A stretch of DNA of 64,000 bases from Streptosporangiales bacterium (GCA_009379825.1 WHTA01000016.1:32224-96223), one strand, 5' to 3'. Numbered from the stretch's first letter, positions 9,456-19,164 are shown. Notes: generated from the letters alone by a model not told the origin. Program-made: numbers and translations.

Positions 9456-10474
9456 CCCGGATCCTGGCCGCGGGCGACCACTTCGTGCTGCCGTCCATGC
9501 TGCGGTCGGCGCTCGTCGAGGAGCTCGGTGCCGACGCCGACATCGCCGAGCTGACGCTGCCGTGGCCGGTCGAGCCGTTCGGCCGGGTCGCCGAGGTCGA
9601 CGAGGCATCCGGGAGCGAGGACGAGCTCATCGAGGCGTTGTCCGGTGTCACCGTGTGCGTCACCCAGATGGGGCCGATCACCGAGCGCGTGCTCGCCGCC
9701 AGCCCGGACCTGCGGCTGTGCTGCGTCGGCCGCGGTGGCCCGGTGAACGTGAACCTGGCCGCCGCGTCCGAGCGTGGCGTGGCCGTCTGCAACGCGCCCG
9801 GCCGCAACGCCACCGCGACCGCGGAGCACACGGTCGCCCTGATCATGGCCGCGTTGCGGCAGGTGCCGCAGCGGCAGGCGGAGCTGCTCGCCGGCGAGTG
9901 GCGCAGCGACTACTACCGCTACTGCCAGGTCGGCCCTGAGCTGGCCGGCAGCACCGTGGGCCTGGTCGGCTACGGGGCGATCGGCCGGAAGGTGACCGAC
10001 ATCTTGCGCGGCTTCGGCGCCGAGGTACTCGTCTACGACCCGTACGCCGACCCGTCCGCGGTGCAGGACGTGGCGGAGCTCGTCGCGGACCTCGGCGAGC
10101 TGCTCAACCGCTCGCTCGTCGTCACGTTGCACGCAAGAGCCACCCCGGAGACCACCGGCCTGATCGGGCACGACCAGATCGCCGCGATGCCCGCCGGCTC
10201 GGTGCTCGTGAACGCCGCACGCGGCGCGCTGCTCGACTACGACGCGGTGTGCGACGCGCTGCACAGCGGCCAGCTGTTCGCCGCCGCGTTCGACGTCTTC
10301 CCGGAAGAGCCGCTGCCCGCCGACTCCCCACTGCGCACCGCACCGCGCGTGGTCATGACCCCGCACCTCGCGGGCGCGAGCAGGGACACCGCCCACAACG
10401 CGGCGACCATCGTGGCCGCCGAGGTAGGCAGGTTCACCCGCGGCGAACCCCTGCGCTACCAGGTCAACGGCTAG
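9452..10474 (+). CDS. D-isomer-specific 2-hydroxyacid dehydrogenase, NAD-binding
   Basis: Motifs GLVGYGAIGRKV (GxGxxG), NAARGALLD, DVFPEEPLP and TPHLAGAS. ATGA overlap with the upstream gene. Confidence 0.9.
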   Translation: MTRILAAGDHFVLPSMLRSALVEELGADADIAELTLPWPVEPFGRVAEVDEASGSEDELIEALSGVTVCVTQMGPITERVLAASPDLRLCCVGRGGPVNVNLAAASERGVAVCNAPGRNATATAEHTVALIMAALRQVPQRQAELLAGEWRSDYYRYCQVGPELAGSTVGLVGYGAIGRKVTDILRGFGAEVLVYDPYADPSAVQDVAELVADLGELLNRSLVVTLHARATPETTGLIGHDQIAAMPAGSVLVNAARGALLDYDAVCDALHSGQLFAAAFDVFPEEPLPADSPLRTAPRVVMTPHLAGASRDTAHNAATIVAAEVGRFTRGEPLRYQVNG

Positions 10475-10558
10475 CCGTGTGGCCGGAACCACACGTCTAC
10501 GCGGAACCACCGCCACCAGCTTCCGGTCGGAGGTGTGCGCGTACTCGAAGGGGGAGCG

Positions 10559-10747
10559 GTGAGGAACGACCAGCCGGATTTCAAGTGGTTGAGGAAGGGC
10601 GTGGCCAAGGCCAACGAGGGCATCGCCGACCGACTCAACTCCTCGGACTCGATCTACGAAGGCAACAATCGGCGCGGCAGCAGCGGCCGCGGGTCGCGCG
10701 ACCGACGCGGCGACGACACCGAAGGGCGGTCGCGGTCAGAGCGGTGA
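10559..10747 (+). CDS. Small hydrophilic hypothetical protein (62 aa)
   Basis: In frame with track ORF 10535..10747. GTG 10559 is preceded by GGGGGAG. The C-terminal half is Arg/Gly/Ser/Asp rich. No homology recognised. Confidence 0.35.
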   Translation: MRNDQPDFKWLRKGVAKANEGIADRLNSSDSIYEGNNRRGSSGRGSRDRRGDDTEGRSRSER

Positions 10748-10771
10748 CAGCAGCACCGGCCCCCGACCTGG

Positions 10772-11935
10772 CTACGGATACGGGTGGTTCGGCTCGCGGG
10801 CGGCGAGGGCGAGCGCTACGACCGCGGCGTCCGGTGGTGAGGTGACGTCGCGGCCGGTGGCTGCCGTAAACTTGTGCAACCGGTTCAGCACGGTGTTCCT
10901 GTGGCAGTATAGCTCGCGCGCGGTGTCCGCGAGTGAGCCGGTACGCAGATAGCTGACGACGGCGGCGAGCACCTCGTCGCCGTTGGCCAGCGTGTCGAGG
11001 CCACCGAGCGTGTCGTCGGTGAGGTCGGCGGCGAACTCGCCGAGCTGGGTCGCGGCGACCCTCACCCAGAGGTCGGCCGTGGTGTGCGGCGCCGGCGTGT
11101 CCGCAGGCAGCACGTGCAGTGTGGTCTCCGCCAGCCGCAGTGCTCGCGGCACCTGCCGCAAACCCCGTACGACCGGGCCGACCGCGCACCTGACGCCCTT
11201 GAACCACTGCGTCGCGCCGGTGGTGTGACGTGGCGGCAGCTGCACGATCACCGCAGTGGAGCTGGCCCGCTCGTGCATGTGCAGCCGCACACCGCGGGAG
11301 CTGAGTCGTTGCTGGGCCTTACGCAACGGCGTGAGTTGGTCCGGCGGCAGCGCCACTACGGCGAACCGCGCGTCCTCGTCGAAGTCGAGCACAGTGGCGA
11401 CCTGCCGGCACACGTCGGCGTGCCGGCCGTCGGAGTCGAGCAGGCGTGCGAACCAGCGTGCCCGTTCGTCCTGCTCCGCCCGCGCCATCTCGAGCACCCG
11501 CTGCTGGTACGCCGCGAGCACGCCCATGGAGTGCTGCTCGACGGCTTCCCAGACCCGCGGTCCCTCCACGACGAGACTGGCCATGTCCGCCGGCTGGGCC
11601 CGGTTGTACAACGCCTGCCAGACCACGCGGAAGTCTAGCCGCACGGCGTGGAGCAGCGCGTCGAGCGGCACGCCGGCCTCCGCTCGCGTCCTACCGACGT
11701 CGCTGGAGACCGCGGCGATCCGGTCCGGCACGGGGGTGCCTGTGATGAGCCGCAGGATCAGCAGGAAGCTGCGTCGCGCGTCCGCCCGAATGACATGTCT
11801 GGGGACCGTCTCTGCGGCGTACGGCTCGACCGCGCGGAGCTCCTCGACGAAGTCCTCGACCAACTCCTCGACCTGGTCGAGCAGGGTGCGGGCGAGGCGG
11901 GTCAGGGCCTCGGAAGCTGGTGCTGCGCCTGTCAT
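10772..11935 (-). CDS. PucR/CdaR-family transcriptional regulator
   Basis: C-terminal PucR HTH (ARELYCHRNTVLNRLHKFTAATGRDV). Start ATG 11935 is preceded by TGGAGG with a 5-nt spacer. Confidence 0.85.
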   Translation of the reverse strand: MTGAAPASEALTRLARTLLDQVEELVEDFVEELRAVEPYAAETVPRHVIRADARRSFLLILRLITGTPVPDRIAAVSSDVGRTRAEAGVPLDALLHAVRLDFRVVWQALYNRAQPADMASLVVEGPRVWEAVEQHSMGVLAAYQQRVLEMARAEQDERARWFARLLDSDGRHADVCRQVATVLDFDEDARFAVVALPPDQLTPLRKAQQRLSSRGVRLHMHERASSTAVIVQLPPRHTTGATQWFKGVRCAVGPVVRGLRQVPRALRLAETTLHVLPADTPAPHTTADLWVRVAATQLGEFAADLTDDTLGGLDTLANGDEVLAAVVSYLRTGSLADTARELYCHRNTVLNRLHKFTAATGRDVTSPPDAAVVALALAAREPNHPYP

Positions 11936-11945
11936 CGTGCCTCCA

Positions 11946-11961
11946 ATGTGCAGATGCACAT
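11946..11961. promoter_or_regulatory. Perfect palindrome ATGTGCAgaTGCACAT in the pucR / MFS divergent region; candidate operator
   Basis: Read directly. The 7-bp arms are exact reverse complements. It lies 11 nt upstream of the pucR start. Confidence 0.45.
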
Positions 11962-12027
11962 GTTAGGCGACCAAGATCGGTGCGAACTGCGATTGTCCGG
12001 CGCCGCCGGGTGGAGGACAGTAGCCAG

Positions 12028-13322
12028 ATGTCGACGAGCCGTACGTCCACCGCACAGAGAGCACGACGAACCCACGTACGGTCGCGGTCTGCGCGTTCAC
12101 CGGCACCGCACTCGAGTGGTACGACTACTACGTCTACGGCTCGGCCGCGGCGCTGGTATTCGGACACCAGTTCTTCCCCGACCTGAGCCCGCTCGCAGGC
12201 ACCATGGCGTCGTTCTCGACGTTCGCCGTGGGGTTCGTCGCCCGACCGCTCGGCGCTGCGCTCTTCGGTCACCTCGGCGACAGGTATGGCAGGCGGCGGA
12301 TGCTGCTGATCACCGTCGTCCTGATCGGCGTGGTGACCGGATGCATCGGCCTGCTGCCGGCGTACGCGCAGATCGGCGTGGCCGCGCCCATCCTGCTCGC
12401 GGTGCTGCGGGTGCTGCAGGGCATCTCGGTGGGCGGCGAGTGGAGCGGTGCCGCCACGCTGGCCGTCGAGCACGCGCCGCCGGAAAAGCGCGGTCGGTAC
12501 GGCGTCATGCCGCAGCTCGGCTCGCCGGTGGGTTCGCTGGCCGCCACCGGAGTGTTCGCGCTGGTGAGTCTGCTGCCCGATGCCCAGTTCGAGGCGTGGG
12601 GATGGCGCATACCGTTCGTGCTCGCGTTCCCGCTCCTGCTGCTCGCCCTGTGGGTACGGAGCAAGGTCGACGAGTCGCCGGTGTTCCAGGACATGCTCGC
12701 GGAGCAGCGGGAGCACAAGCTGCCGGTGGTCGAGCTGTTCCGTACCAGCAGCGTGCGGCTGGTCGTGGGCATCGCCGTGTCGTTGCTCGGCATCGGCGGC
12801 TACTACCTGTGCGGCACGTTCCTCATCAACTACGGGGCGGACACCGCACATATCGACCGCACCTGGTTGTTGAACGCGGCGGTGTGCGGCTCCGCCGTCA
12901 ACCTGTGTATCTATCCGCTCTTCGGCCGGCTGGCCGACCGGATCGGCGCCGCACCGATCGCCGTCGGCGGCGCGCTCGTGTCGGCGGTGGCGGCGTTCCC
13001 GCTGTTCTGGCTGGTCGGCATCGGCAGCCCCTGGACGGTCGGCTTCGCGATCGCCGCCGGCGTCGTCGTGGTGTCGGTGAGCTACGCCGCCTGCGGCCAG
13101 CTGCTCAGCGAGACCTTCACCGGCGCCGTGCGGTACTCGGGAGTCGGCCTGTCGTACAACCTCTCTGGCACGCTGAGCGGGTTCGTACCGCTCGGGGCGA
13201 CGGCGCTGCTCGCCGCCACCGAAGGCAGTCTGTGGGTCGTGGCCGGGTTCCTCTTCGTGCTCTCGTTGGTGACCGCAGGCGCCGCCGTCGCGGCACGCAG
13301 ACTGAAGGTGGTCGAACTGTGA
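12028..13322 (+). CDS. MFS transporter, metabolite:H+ symporter (MHS) type, with an apparent 5-prime frameshift
   Basis: Frame 0 reads RTVAVCAFTGTALEWYDYYVYGSAAALVFG...FVARPLGAALFGHLGDRYGRR, but has no start codon after the TAG at 12021. ATG 12028 (MSTSRTSTAQ) is in frame +1. Removing one AG from agagag (12056-12061) joins the two frames. Confidence 0.75.
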
Positions 13323-14338
13323 ACGGAGCTGATGTGAACGCCAGCGATGTCGACGACGGAGCGCAACCGGAGCACTTCTACCACCGGCTGGTGGGTCCCG
13401 AGCCCACTCCCGAGTTCCACGACCCGAGCGAGCTCGAGACGTACTGGGGTCGTCGCTGGGGTGCCGCCGACGAGGTGGGCGCGCTGCGGACGGTCCTCAT
13501 GCGGCGGCCGAGCAAGGGCCTCGCGGACATCACCGCGGACGCCTGGGACCCACGTGCCGGCGCCCTGGTCGACCCGGCCGGACGGTGGTACTGGCGCGGC
13601 GCAGAACCGCCGGACCTGGAGCGCGTCGACGAACAGCACGCCGGCCTCGTCGCCGCGCTGCGCGCGGAGCAGGTGGAGGTCGTCGAGGCGCCCAGGTACA
13701 CCACGGGCTACCCGAAGTCGGTGTTCACCCGCGACCCGTTGCTGACCGTGCCTGGTGGTGCGGTGATCACCAGGCTGGCGCCGCGGATGCGGCGCGGCGA
13801 GGAGGCGTCGGTGACGAAGGCCGTCGCCGAGCTCGGCATGCCGATCCTCGGCACGGTGGTCGGGCACGGGCTCGCTGAGGGCGGCACGTTCGTCAAGCTG
13901 CGCCGCGACCTCGCGGTGTTCGGGCTGTCCATCCGCTGCAACACCGAGGGCGCACGGCAGCTCGCGAGCCTGCTGGAACCGTTGGGGATCGAGCTGACGA
14001 CGATCACCCTGCCCGGCTACACCATCCACGTCGACGGCCAGTTCCACATGGTCGCCGAGGACCTCGCCCTGGCCAACACGCACCGGCTGCCGTACGAGTT
14101 CCTGGCACGGGTGGAGGCGTTGGGCATAAAGGTGATCACGCCGCACCCGGACGAGCAGAGCGCCTGCAACTCGCTGACCGTACGGCCGCGCCGGCTGCTG
14201 TTCCCCGCGCACTGCCCGCGGACCGCCGACCGGTTGACCACCGACGGCGTGGAGGTCGTGCCGGTGGCGTACGACGAGATCCTGAAGAACGGCGGCGGTA
14301 TCCACTGTTCCACCATGGAACTCGTGCGGGACTGGTAG
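13319..14338 (+). CDS. Guanidino-group modifying enzyme superfamily protein (amidinotransferase / DDAH / arginine-deiminase-like)
   Basis: The C-terminus NGGGIHCSTMELVRDW carries the catalytic Cys motif of this superfamily. GTG 13319 overlaps the MFS stop (GTGA). This is the terminal part of track ORF 11648..14338. Confidence 0.8.
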   Translation: MNGADVNASDVDDGAQPEHFYHRLVGPEPTPEFHDPSELETYWGRRWGAADEVGALRTVLMRRPSKGLADITADAWDPRAGALVDPAGRWYWRGAEPPDLERVDEQHAGLVAALRAEQVEVVEAPRYTTGYPKSVFTRDPLLTVPGGAVITRLAPRMRRGEEASVTKAVAELGMPILGTVVGHGLAEGGTFVKLRRDLAVFGLSIRCNTEGARQLASLLEPLGIELTTITLPGYTIHVDGQFHMVAEDLALANTHRLPYEFLARVEALGIKVITPHPDEQSACNSLTVRPRRLLFPAHCPRTADRLTTDGVEVVPVAYDEILKNGGGIHCSTMELVRDW

Positions 14339-14347
14339 ACCTGGTTC

Positions 14348-14968
14348 ATGCGACTCACACCTGCGGAACAAGACCGGCTCACCGTCTTCACGGTGGCGGA
14401 GCTGGCGCGGCGCCGGCGCGCCCGTGGCACCTTGCTCTCCGCGCCCGAGGTCACCGCGCTGGTGACGGACGCGGTGCTCGAGGCCGCGTGGGACGGCGCG
14501 AGCATGGCGGAGGTGATCGCGGCCGGGAGGTCCGCCGTACGGCCGGACGAGGTGCTGCCAGGCGTGACCGCGTTGGTGCGGTACGTCGAGGTCGACGCGC
14601 TCTTCCCCGCCGGCACGGCGCTCGTCGCGATCGACGACCCGCTCGGCACCGAGAGGGGTGACGACGATCCCGGTGCCGTGTTGGTGGCGGACGCCGAGCG
14701 GGAGCCGTACGCCGGGCGCGAGCGGGTCGACGTCGAGGTGACCAACACGGCGGACGTCGACGTGCACGTGTCGTCGCATTACCCGTTCTGGCAAGCGAAT
14801 GCGGCACTGTCGTTCGACCGCGGCCGTGCCCGCGGGTACCACCTGGACATCCCTGCCGGCAGCAACCTCTGCTTCCCGGCGGGCGCGACGGTGGTGGCGC
14901 GGCTGGTGGCGTCGGCCGGCACCGGGCAGGTGCCCGAGCTCGGTCTCGAGCGGGAAGGAGGCGCGTGA
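14348..14968 (+). CDS. ureAB: Urease gamma-beta fusion subunit
   Basis: The N-terminal 100 aa are UreA-like ([27 protein letters not shown]...). The C-terminal part is UreB-like (VEVTNTADVDVHVSSHYPFWQANAALSFDR...LDIPAGSNLCFPAG). Confidence 0.9.
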   Translation: MRLTPAEQDRLTVFTVAELARRRRARGTLLSAPEVTALVTDAVLEAAWDGASMAEVIAAGRSAVRPDEVLPGVTALVRYVEVDALFPAGTALVAIDDPLGTERGDDDPGAVLVADAEREPYAGRERVDVEVTNTADVDVHVSSHYPFWQANAALSFDRGRARGYHLDIPAGSNLCFPAGATVVARLVASAGTGQVPELGLEREGGA

Positions 14969-16647
14969 TGACGTTCGACCGCAGGACCTACGCCTCGGTG
15001 TACGGCCCGACCGTCGGCGACCAGGTGCGGCTGGCCGACACCGGCCTGGTGGTGGAGGTGACGGCCGACGACACCGAAACCGGCGACGAGGCGCTCGGCG
15101 GTTGCGGCAAGACGCTGCGGGAGGGCCTGCTCTCGACGAGCGGTGGCCGGTCGTCGGAGCTCGACCTGATCGTCACCAACGCCTTGCTGCTCGATCCGCT
15201 GCTCGGTGTGCGCAAGACGAACATCGGTGTGAAGGACGGCCGGATCGTGGGTATCGGCCGTGCCGGCTCACCGGACGTGCTCGACGGCGTCGACCTCGCC
15301 GTAGGCCCGCACACGGCCATCGTGCCGGCGGAAGGGCTGATCGCGACGCCGGGCGTGATCGACTCGCACGTGCACCTGTCCAGCCCGGCCATCCTCGACG
15401 TCGCGCTGTCTTCCGGTGTGACGACCGTCGTCGGGATGGGCCTCGGTGGCGTCTGGGACGTGGGCGTCAACCCGAAGCGCAACCTGGACCTGATGATCGA
15501 GGCCTGGCGGCAGGTGCCGGTGAACGTAGCGTTCCTCGCGCGCGGCTCGTCGGTGCGCAGGGCGCCGCTCGAGGCGGCAGTGCTCGGTGGCGCCGGCGGG
15601 TTCAAGGTGCACGAGGACTTCGGTGCGCAGCCGGCGGTCGTGGACACGTGCCTCGCCGTCGCCGACGCGGGCGACCTGCCGGTCGCGTTGCACACCGACT
15701 CGCTGAACGAGTCCGGGCTGCTGCGCGACACCCTCGACGCCACCCGCGGCCGCACCGTGCACGCGTACCACGTGGAAGGCGGCGGCGGGCATCCCGACCT
15801 GCTCGAGATCCTCGCGCAACCGCACGTGTTGGCGTCGTCGACGACGCCGACACTGCCATACACCGTGAACACGGTCGACGAGCTGTTCCCCATGACGATG
15901 ACCGTGCACCGGCAGAACGCGCTGCTGCCCGGCGATATCGACGTCACCCGCAGCCGGATCAGAGCGCACGCGATCGCCGCGGAGAACGCGCTGCACGATC
16001 TCGGTGCGGTGAGCATCGTGAACTCCGACTCGATGGGCATGGGCAGGATCGGCGAGACCATGCGCCGCACCTGGCAGCTTGCCGGGCACGCGAAGGCCAG
16101 CGATGCCGACCACCCCGGTGGGCACGACAACGAGCGGGTATTGCGCTACCTCGCGAAGGTCACCATCAACCCGGCGATCGCCCACGGCATGGCGGCGCAG
16201 ATCGGCAGCATCGAAGTTGGCAAGCTCGCCGACCTCGTGCTCTGGCACCCGGGGTGGTTCGGCGCGAAACCCGAGCTGGTGGTGAAGTCGGGCTTCGTGG
16301 CGTGGGGCCTCAGCGGTTCAGGCGCGGCCTCGACCAGGCTCGGCCAACCGCGCCGTTACCGCGCCTTCTTCGGCGGGATGGGCGGCGCGCCCGCACGGCT
16401 GGCGCACGTGTTCGTCGCGGCCGCTGCGCTCGACGACAGCCGGGCGCGCGGCCAGCTACCGGCCGGCGTGCAGTACCTACCGGTCACCGCGGCCAGACAG
16501 CTCACCAGGAGCGCCATGCGGCACAACACCTACGTGCCACGCGTCGAGGTGCCGAGGGACGGCAGCGCGGTACTCGTCGACGGCGTACCGACCGGCCTGC
16601 CGGCCGCGGAGTCGCTGCCGCTGACCCGCCTACACCACTTCGCCTGA
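14968..16647 (+). CDS. ureC: Urease alpha subunit
   Basis: Metal and catalytic motifs are present: DSHVHLSSP, GGFKVHEDFGA (carbamylated Lys position), LHTDSLNESG, HAYHVEGGGGHPD, NSDSMGMGRIGE. ATG 14968 is 7 nt after GGGAAGGAGG; the track start, GTG 14965, is the alternative. Confidence 0.95.
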   Translation: MTFDRRTYASVYGPTVGDQVRLADTGLVVEVTADDTETGDEALGGCGKTLREGLLSTSGGRSSELDLIVTNALLLDPLLGVRKTNIGVKDGRIVGIGRAGSPDVLDGVDLAVGPHTAIVPAEGLIATPGVIDSHVHLSSPAILDVALSSGVTTVVGMGLGGVWDVGVNPKRNLDLMIEAWRQVPVNVAFLARGSSVRRAPLEAAVLGGAGGFKVHEDFGAQPAVVDTCLAVADAGDLPVALHTDSLNESGLLRDTLDATRGRTVHAYHVEGGGGHPDLLEILAQPHVLASSTTPTLPYTVNTVDELFPMTMTVHRQNALLPGDIDVTRSRIRAHAIAAENALHDLGAVSIVNSDSMGMGRIGETMRRTWQLAGHAKASDADHPGGHDNERVLRYLAKVTINPAIAHGMAAQIGSIEVGKLADLVLWHPGWFGAKPELVVKSGFVAWGLSGSGAASTRLGQPRRYRAFFGGMGGAPARLAHVFVAAAALDDSRARGQLPAGVQYLPVTAARQLTRSAMRHNTYVPRVEVPRDGSAVLVDGVPTGLPAAESLPLTRLHHFA

Positions 16648-17238
16648 CGCGCGGCGTAGCTGTTCGCGTGCGTCGGCGACCCGCTGTTTGGCATCCGGCA
16701 AGGTGTCGTGCGCGTAGGTGCGGACGAGCTGCTCGAACCTGGCACGCGCCTCGTCGGTGTCACCGGTTTGGGACAATGTGAGTCCTCTGTCGTACAGCGC
16801 GGTCGCCACGTACCCACGCATCTTCGGTGTCGGGTCGTCACCGTAGGTGGAGATCACCCGGTCGAAGGTGGCCAGCGCCTCCGGCCAGTTCCCGCATCGA
16901 AGCTCGCGATGCCTTCGTGTACGTCGGCCAACGCAGCCGCCAGCCGGCTGCGTTCGCGGCGCTGCTGGCGGCGCATGGTGGCATAGGTGACGCCAGTCCA
17001 CCGTGCGTTCCCACCGGTGCTCCTCGAGCGTGTGGTGGCGCCAACGCGCGGGCATGGCGCTGACGCGCTCGCGCTGGGGAACCATGACCTGACCGTGGCC
17101 GAGCAGCAGCACCAGCCATAGGGCGACGGATGTCACAAGCCACTGCCAGTGCCCGGTCGCCACCCACAGCCCGACGCCGACGCCGGCTGCGGCGATGCCG
17201 GCGAGCCGCAGCAAGGTCGCTGTCCGGCGTACGTCCAC
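16630..17238 (-). CDS. Hypothetical membrane-anchored protein with TPR-like C-terminus
   Basis: Two N-terminal hydrophobic segments and C-terminal repeats (GNWPEALATFDRVISTYGDD...DTDEARARFEQLVRTYAHD). The middle ~30 codons read more protein-like in another frame (MRRQQRRERSRLAAALADVHEGIASFDAG), so a frameshift is possible. Confidence 0.45.
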   Translation of the reverse strand: MDVRRTATLLRLAGIAAAGVGVGLWVATGHWQWLVTSVALWLVLLLGHGQVMVPQRERVSAMPARWRHHTLEEHRWERTVDWRHLCHHAPPAAPRTQPAGGCVGRRTRRHRELRCGNWPEALATFDRVISTYGDDPTPKMRGYVATALYDRGLTLSQTGDTDEARARFEQLVRTYAHDTLPDAKQRVADAREQLRRASGEVV

Positions 17239-17310
17239 GGGGCGATCCCTCTTTCGGCTCGGGCAGTGGCTCGGCGTGAGGTTATCGTGCTGCCCGGGAG
17301 GTATCCAGTG

Positions 17311-18503
17311 CTATCGCGCCGGTCGCTTCCGCCGCGGCAGCGCGTACATCCGTGCCCACAGTGCTTCGAGCGGGCCCTTGTCGAAGAACCGTAGCCACAG
17401 GTGGGCAGCGGCGCCGACCACCGCACAGAGCACGGCGAAGAGTGCGAGCGTGCCCCACGGCCGCACCGGCCACAGCGTGCTCGCCAGGCCCAGGCCCCAG
17501 CCGTAGCACAGCGCCGAGGCGACGACGTTCTGCAGCACGTAGCACGACAGCGCCATCCGCCCGATCTCCGTCAGCCGGCGCTGGGTGAACCCCGGCTGCC
17601 GCCGCCGCTCGACGAGCATGGCGACCGCGCCGAGCAGGCCGAGTGCGACCAACGGAGCTGTGCCGTAACGCGTCAGCAGGAACGTCGCCGTCGTGCCGAC
17701 GGTGGAGGCGGCCAGGTCGAAGGCTAGCGCGACGGCGCCGACGACCAGCAGGGTGCGCCTGATCCGCGTCCCGTGTGGTTCGAACAGACCGGCGCGGAAG
17801 AGCTTCGCGCCGAGCAGGAACAGCACGATCGACAGCGGCAGGATGAGTAGTGGTTCCGCGCGCAGCAGGCCGGGGTTCTCCAGCCGGAACAGCACCTGCT
17901 GCCACCAGCTGCCATCGGTGTAGAGGGTCACAGAACCGACGTCGCGAGCGGTGGACTCCCCGGAGACGGCGACGCCGGCGACGAGCGCGGCGAGCAGCAC
18001 GACGTGCACCACACCCTGGGACCACAGCCAGATCCGTTGCGCACGCGGTGCTCTGGCCAGGATGACGGCCACGATCATGCCGGTGACCGCGTAGCCCATG
18101 AGCACGTCGAACTCGACCACGAGTACGTAGTGCAGCACGCCGTCGAGCAGCAGCAGGGTCGCGCGCCACGGGTAGCGACCCGGCCAGCTCCCGCCGCGGC
18201 GCGGGGTCGACCGATGCGGATGGCCAGGCCGATGCCGAACATCAGCGTGAGCATGCCGAGGAACTTGCCGTTCGCCAGCTCGCGGAAGAGCCACTCTGCG
18301 ACTGCTCCGGTGTCTGCGGCGAGCGCCGGCGGCTGTCTGAGGAGCATGCCGACCATGCCGGCCGGGTCGGCGAAGATCCAGATGTTCGTGGCGAGCGTGC
18401 CGAGGATGGCGACGCCGCGCGCCACGTCGAGCACGGCGATCCGGGTGGTGCCCAGGGATGCGGGTGTGGCTGCCTGGTCGGCTGCCGCGGGCGCCGGTGA
18501 CAT
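17311..18503 (-). pseudogene. DUF418 (YeiB-like) membrane protein, frameshifted
   Basis: The N-terminus from ATG 18503 (RIAVLDVARGVAILGTLATNIW...LMFGIGLAI) is in one frame. The remainder (WPGRYPWRATLLLLDGVLHYV...) is in track ORF 17311..18939. The junction is about 18180-18205. The span is 1193 nt, not a multiple of 3. Confidence 0.7.
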
Positions 18504-18582
18504 GCTCGGCACGGTACCATACGGACGTAATGTTTGGTCGACCCGAGGGATCGCTCGGTGGTCGAGGTACGAGGATGGGGCG

Positions 18583-19164
18583 ATGACCGCACACGACCCG
18601 CAGCGCCGCGCCGCGCTGGTGCGTGCGCTCGTCGAGATCGTGGCCGAGCGCGGCCTGGACGCGGTGAGCGTACGCGAGGTCGCGGCGCACGCCGACGTGT
18701 CGATCGGTGCCGTGCAGCACCATTTCCGCACGAAGTCGGCGATGTTGCAGGCGGCGATGGAGGACGTCGTCACGCGCTGGGCCGCCGAGCTCGACCGCGA
18801 AATCTCCGACGACCCGCCCAAGGCGTTGCGGCTGATCGCGCACCGGCTCGTCCCCGACCGGTCGGACGACGCGGACTCCCGGGTCTGGTTGGCGTTCGTC
18901 GCACGTGCCGCGGTCGAGGAGGAGCTCGCCGCGGTGCACGCCGACAGCATGCGCAAGCTGGAGGACTCGCTGGTGGCCGGCGCCATGACCGGACGGAGTG
19001 CGCCCGCGCGCCAGCGCCGGACGATCGCGGACGAGATGGCCGCGCTGATGGCGCTGGTGGACGGCCTCACCGTCGCCGTCCTGGTCGAACCGGATCGGAT
19101 GTCACCGCGCCGCGCCCGGACGATCCTCGACCGGCACCTCGACCACATGCTTGCCGGCGGTTGA
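18583..19164 (+). CDS. TetR/AcrR family transcriptional regulator
   Basis: ATG 18583 follows GAGGATGGGG. HTH is LVRALVEIVAERGLDAVSVREVAAHADVSIGAVQHHF. Divergent from the DUF418 gene. Confidence 0.9.
   Translation: MTAHDPQRRAALVRALVEIVAERGLDAVSVREVAAHADVSIGAVQHHFRTKSAMLQAAMEDVVTRWAAELDREISDDPPKALRLIAHRLVPDRSDDADSRVWLAFVARAAVEEELAAVHADSMRKLEDSLVAGAMTGRSAPARQRRTIADEMAALMALVDGLTVAVLVEPDRMSPRRARTILDRHLDHMLAGG

Noticed and set aside
18520-18529. Short dyad TACGgaCGTA in the TetR / DUF418 divergent region, and direct CGGAACG repeats at 23374-23416 in the TetR / SnoaL region.
   Set aside because: They are too short and unreplicated to call as operators without binding data.
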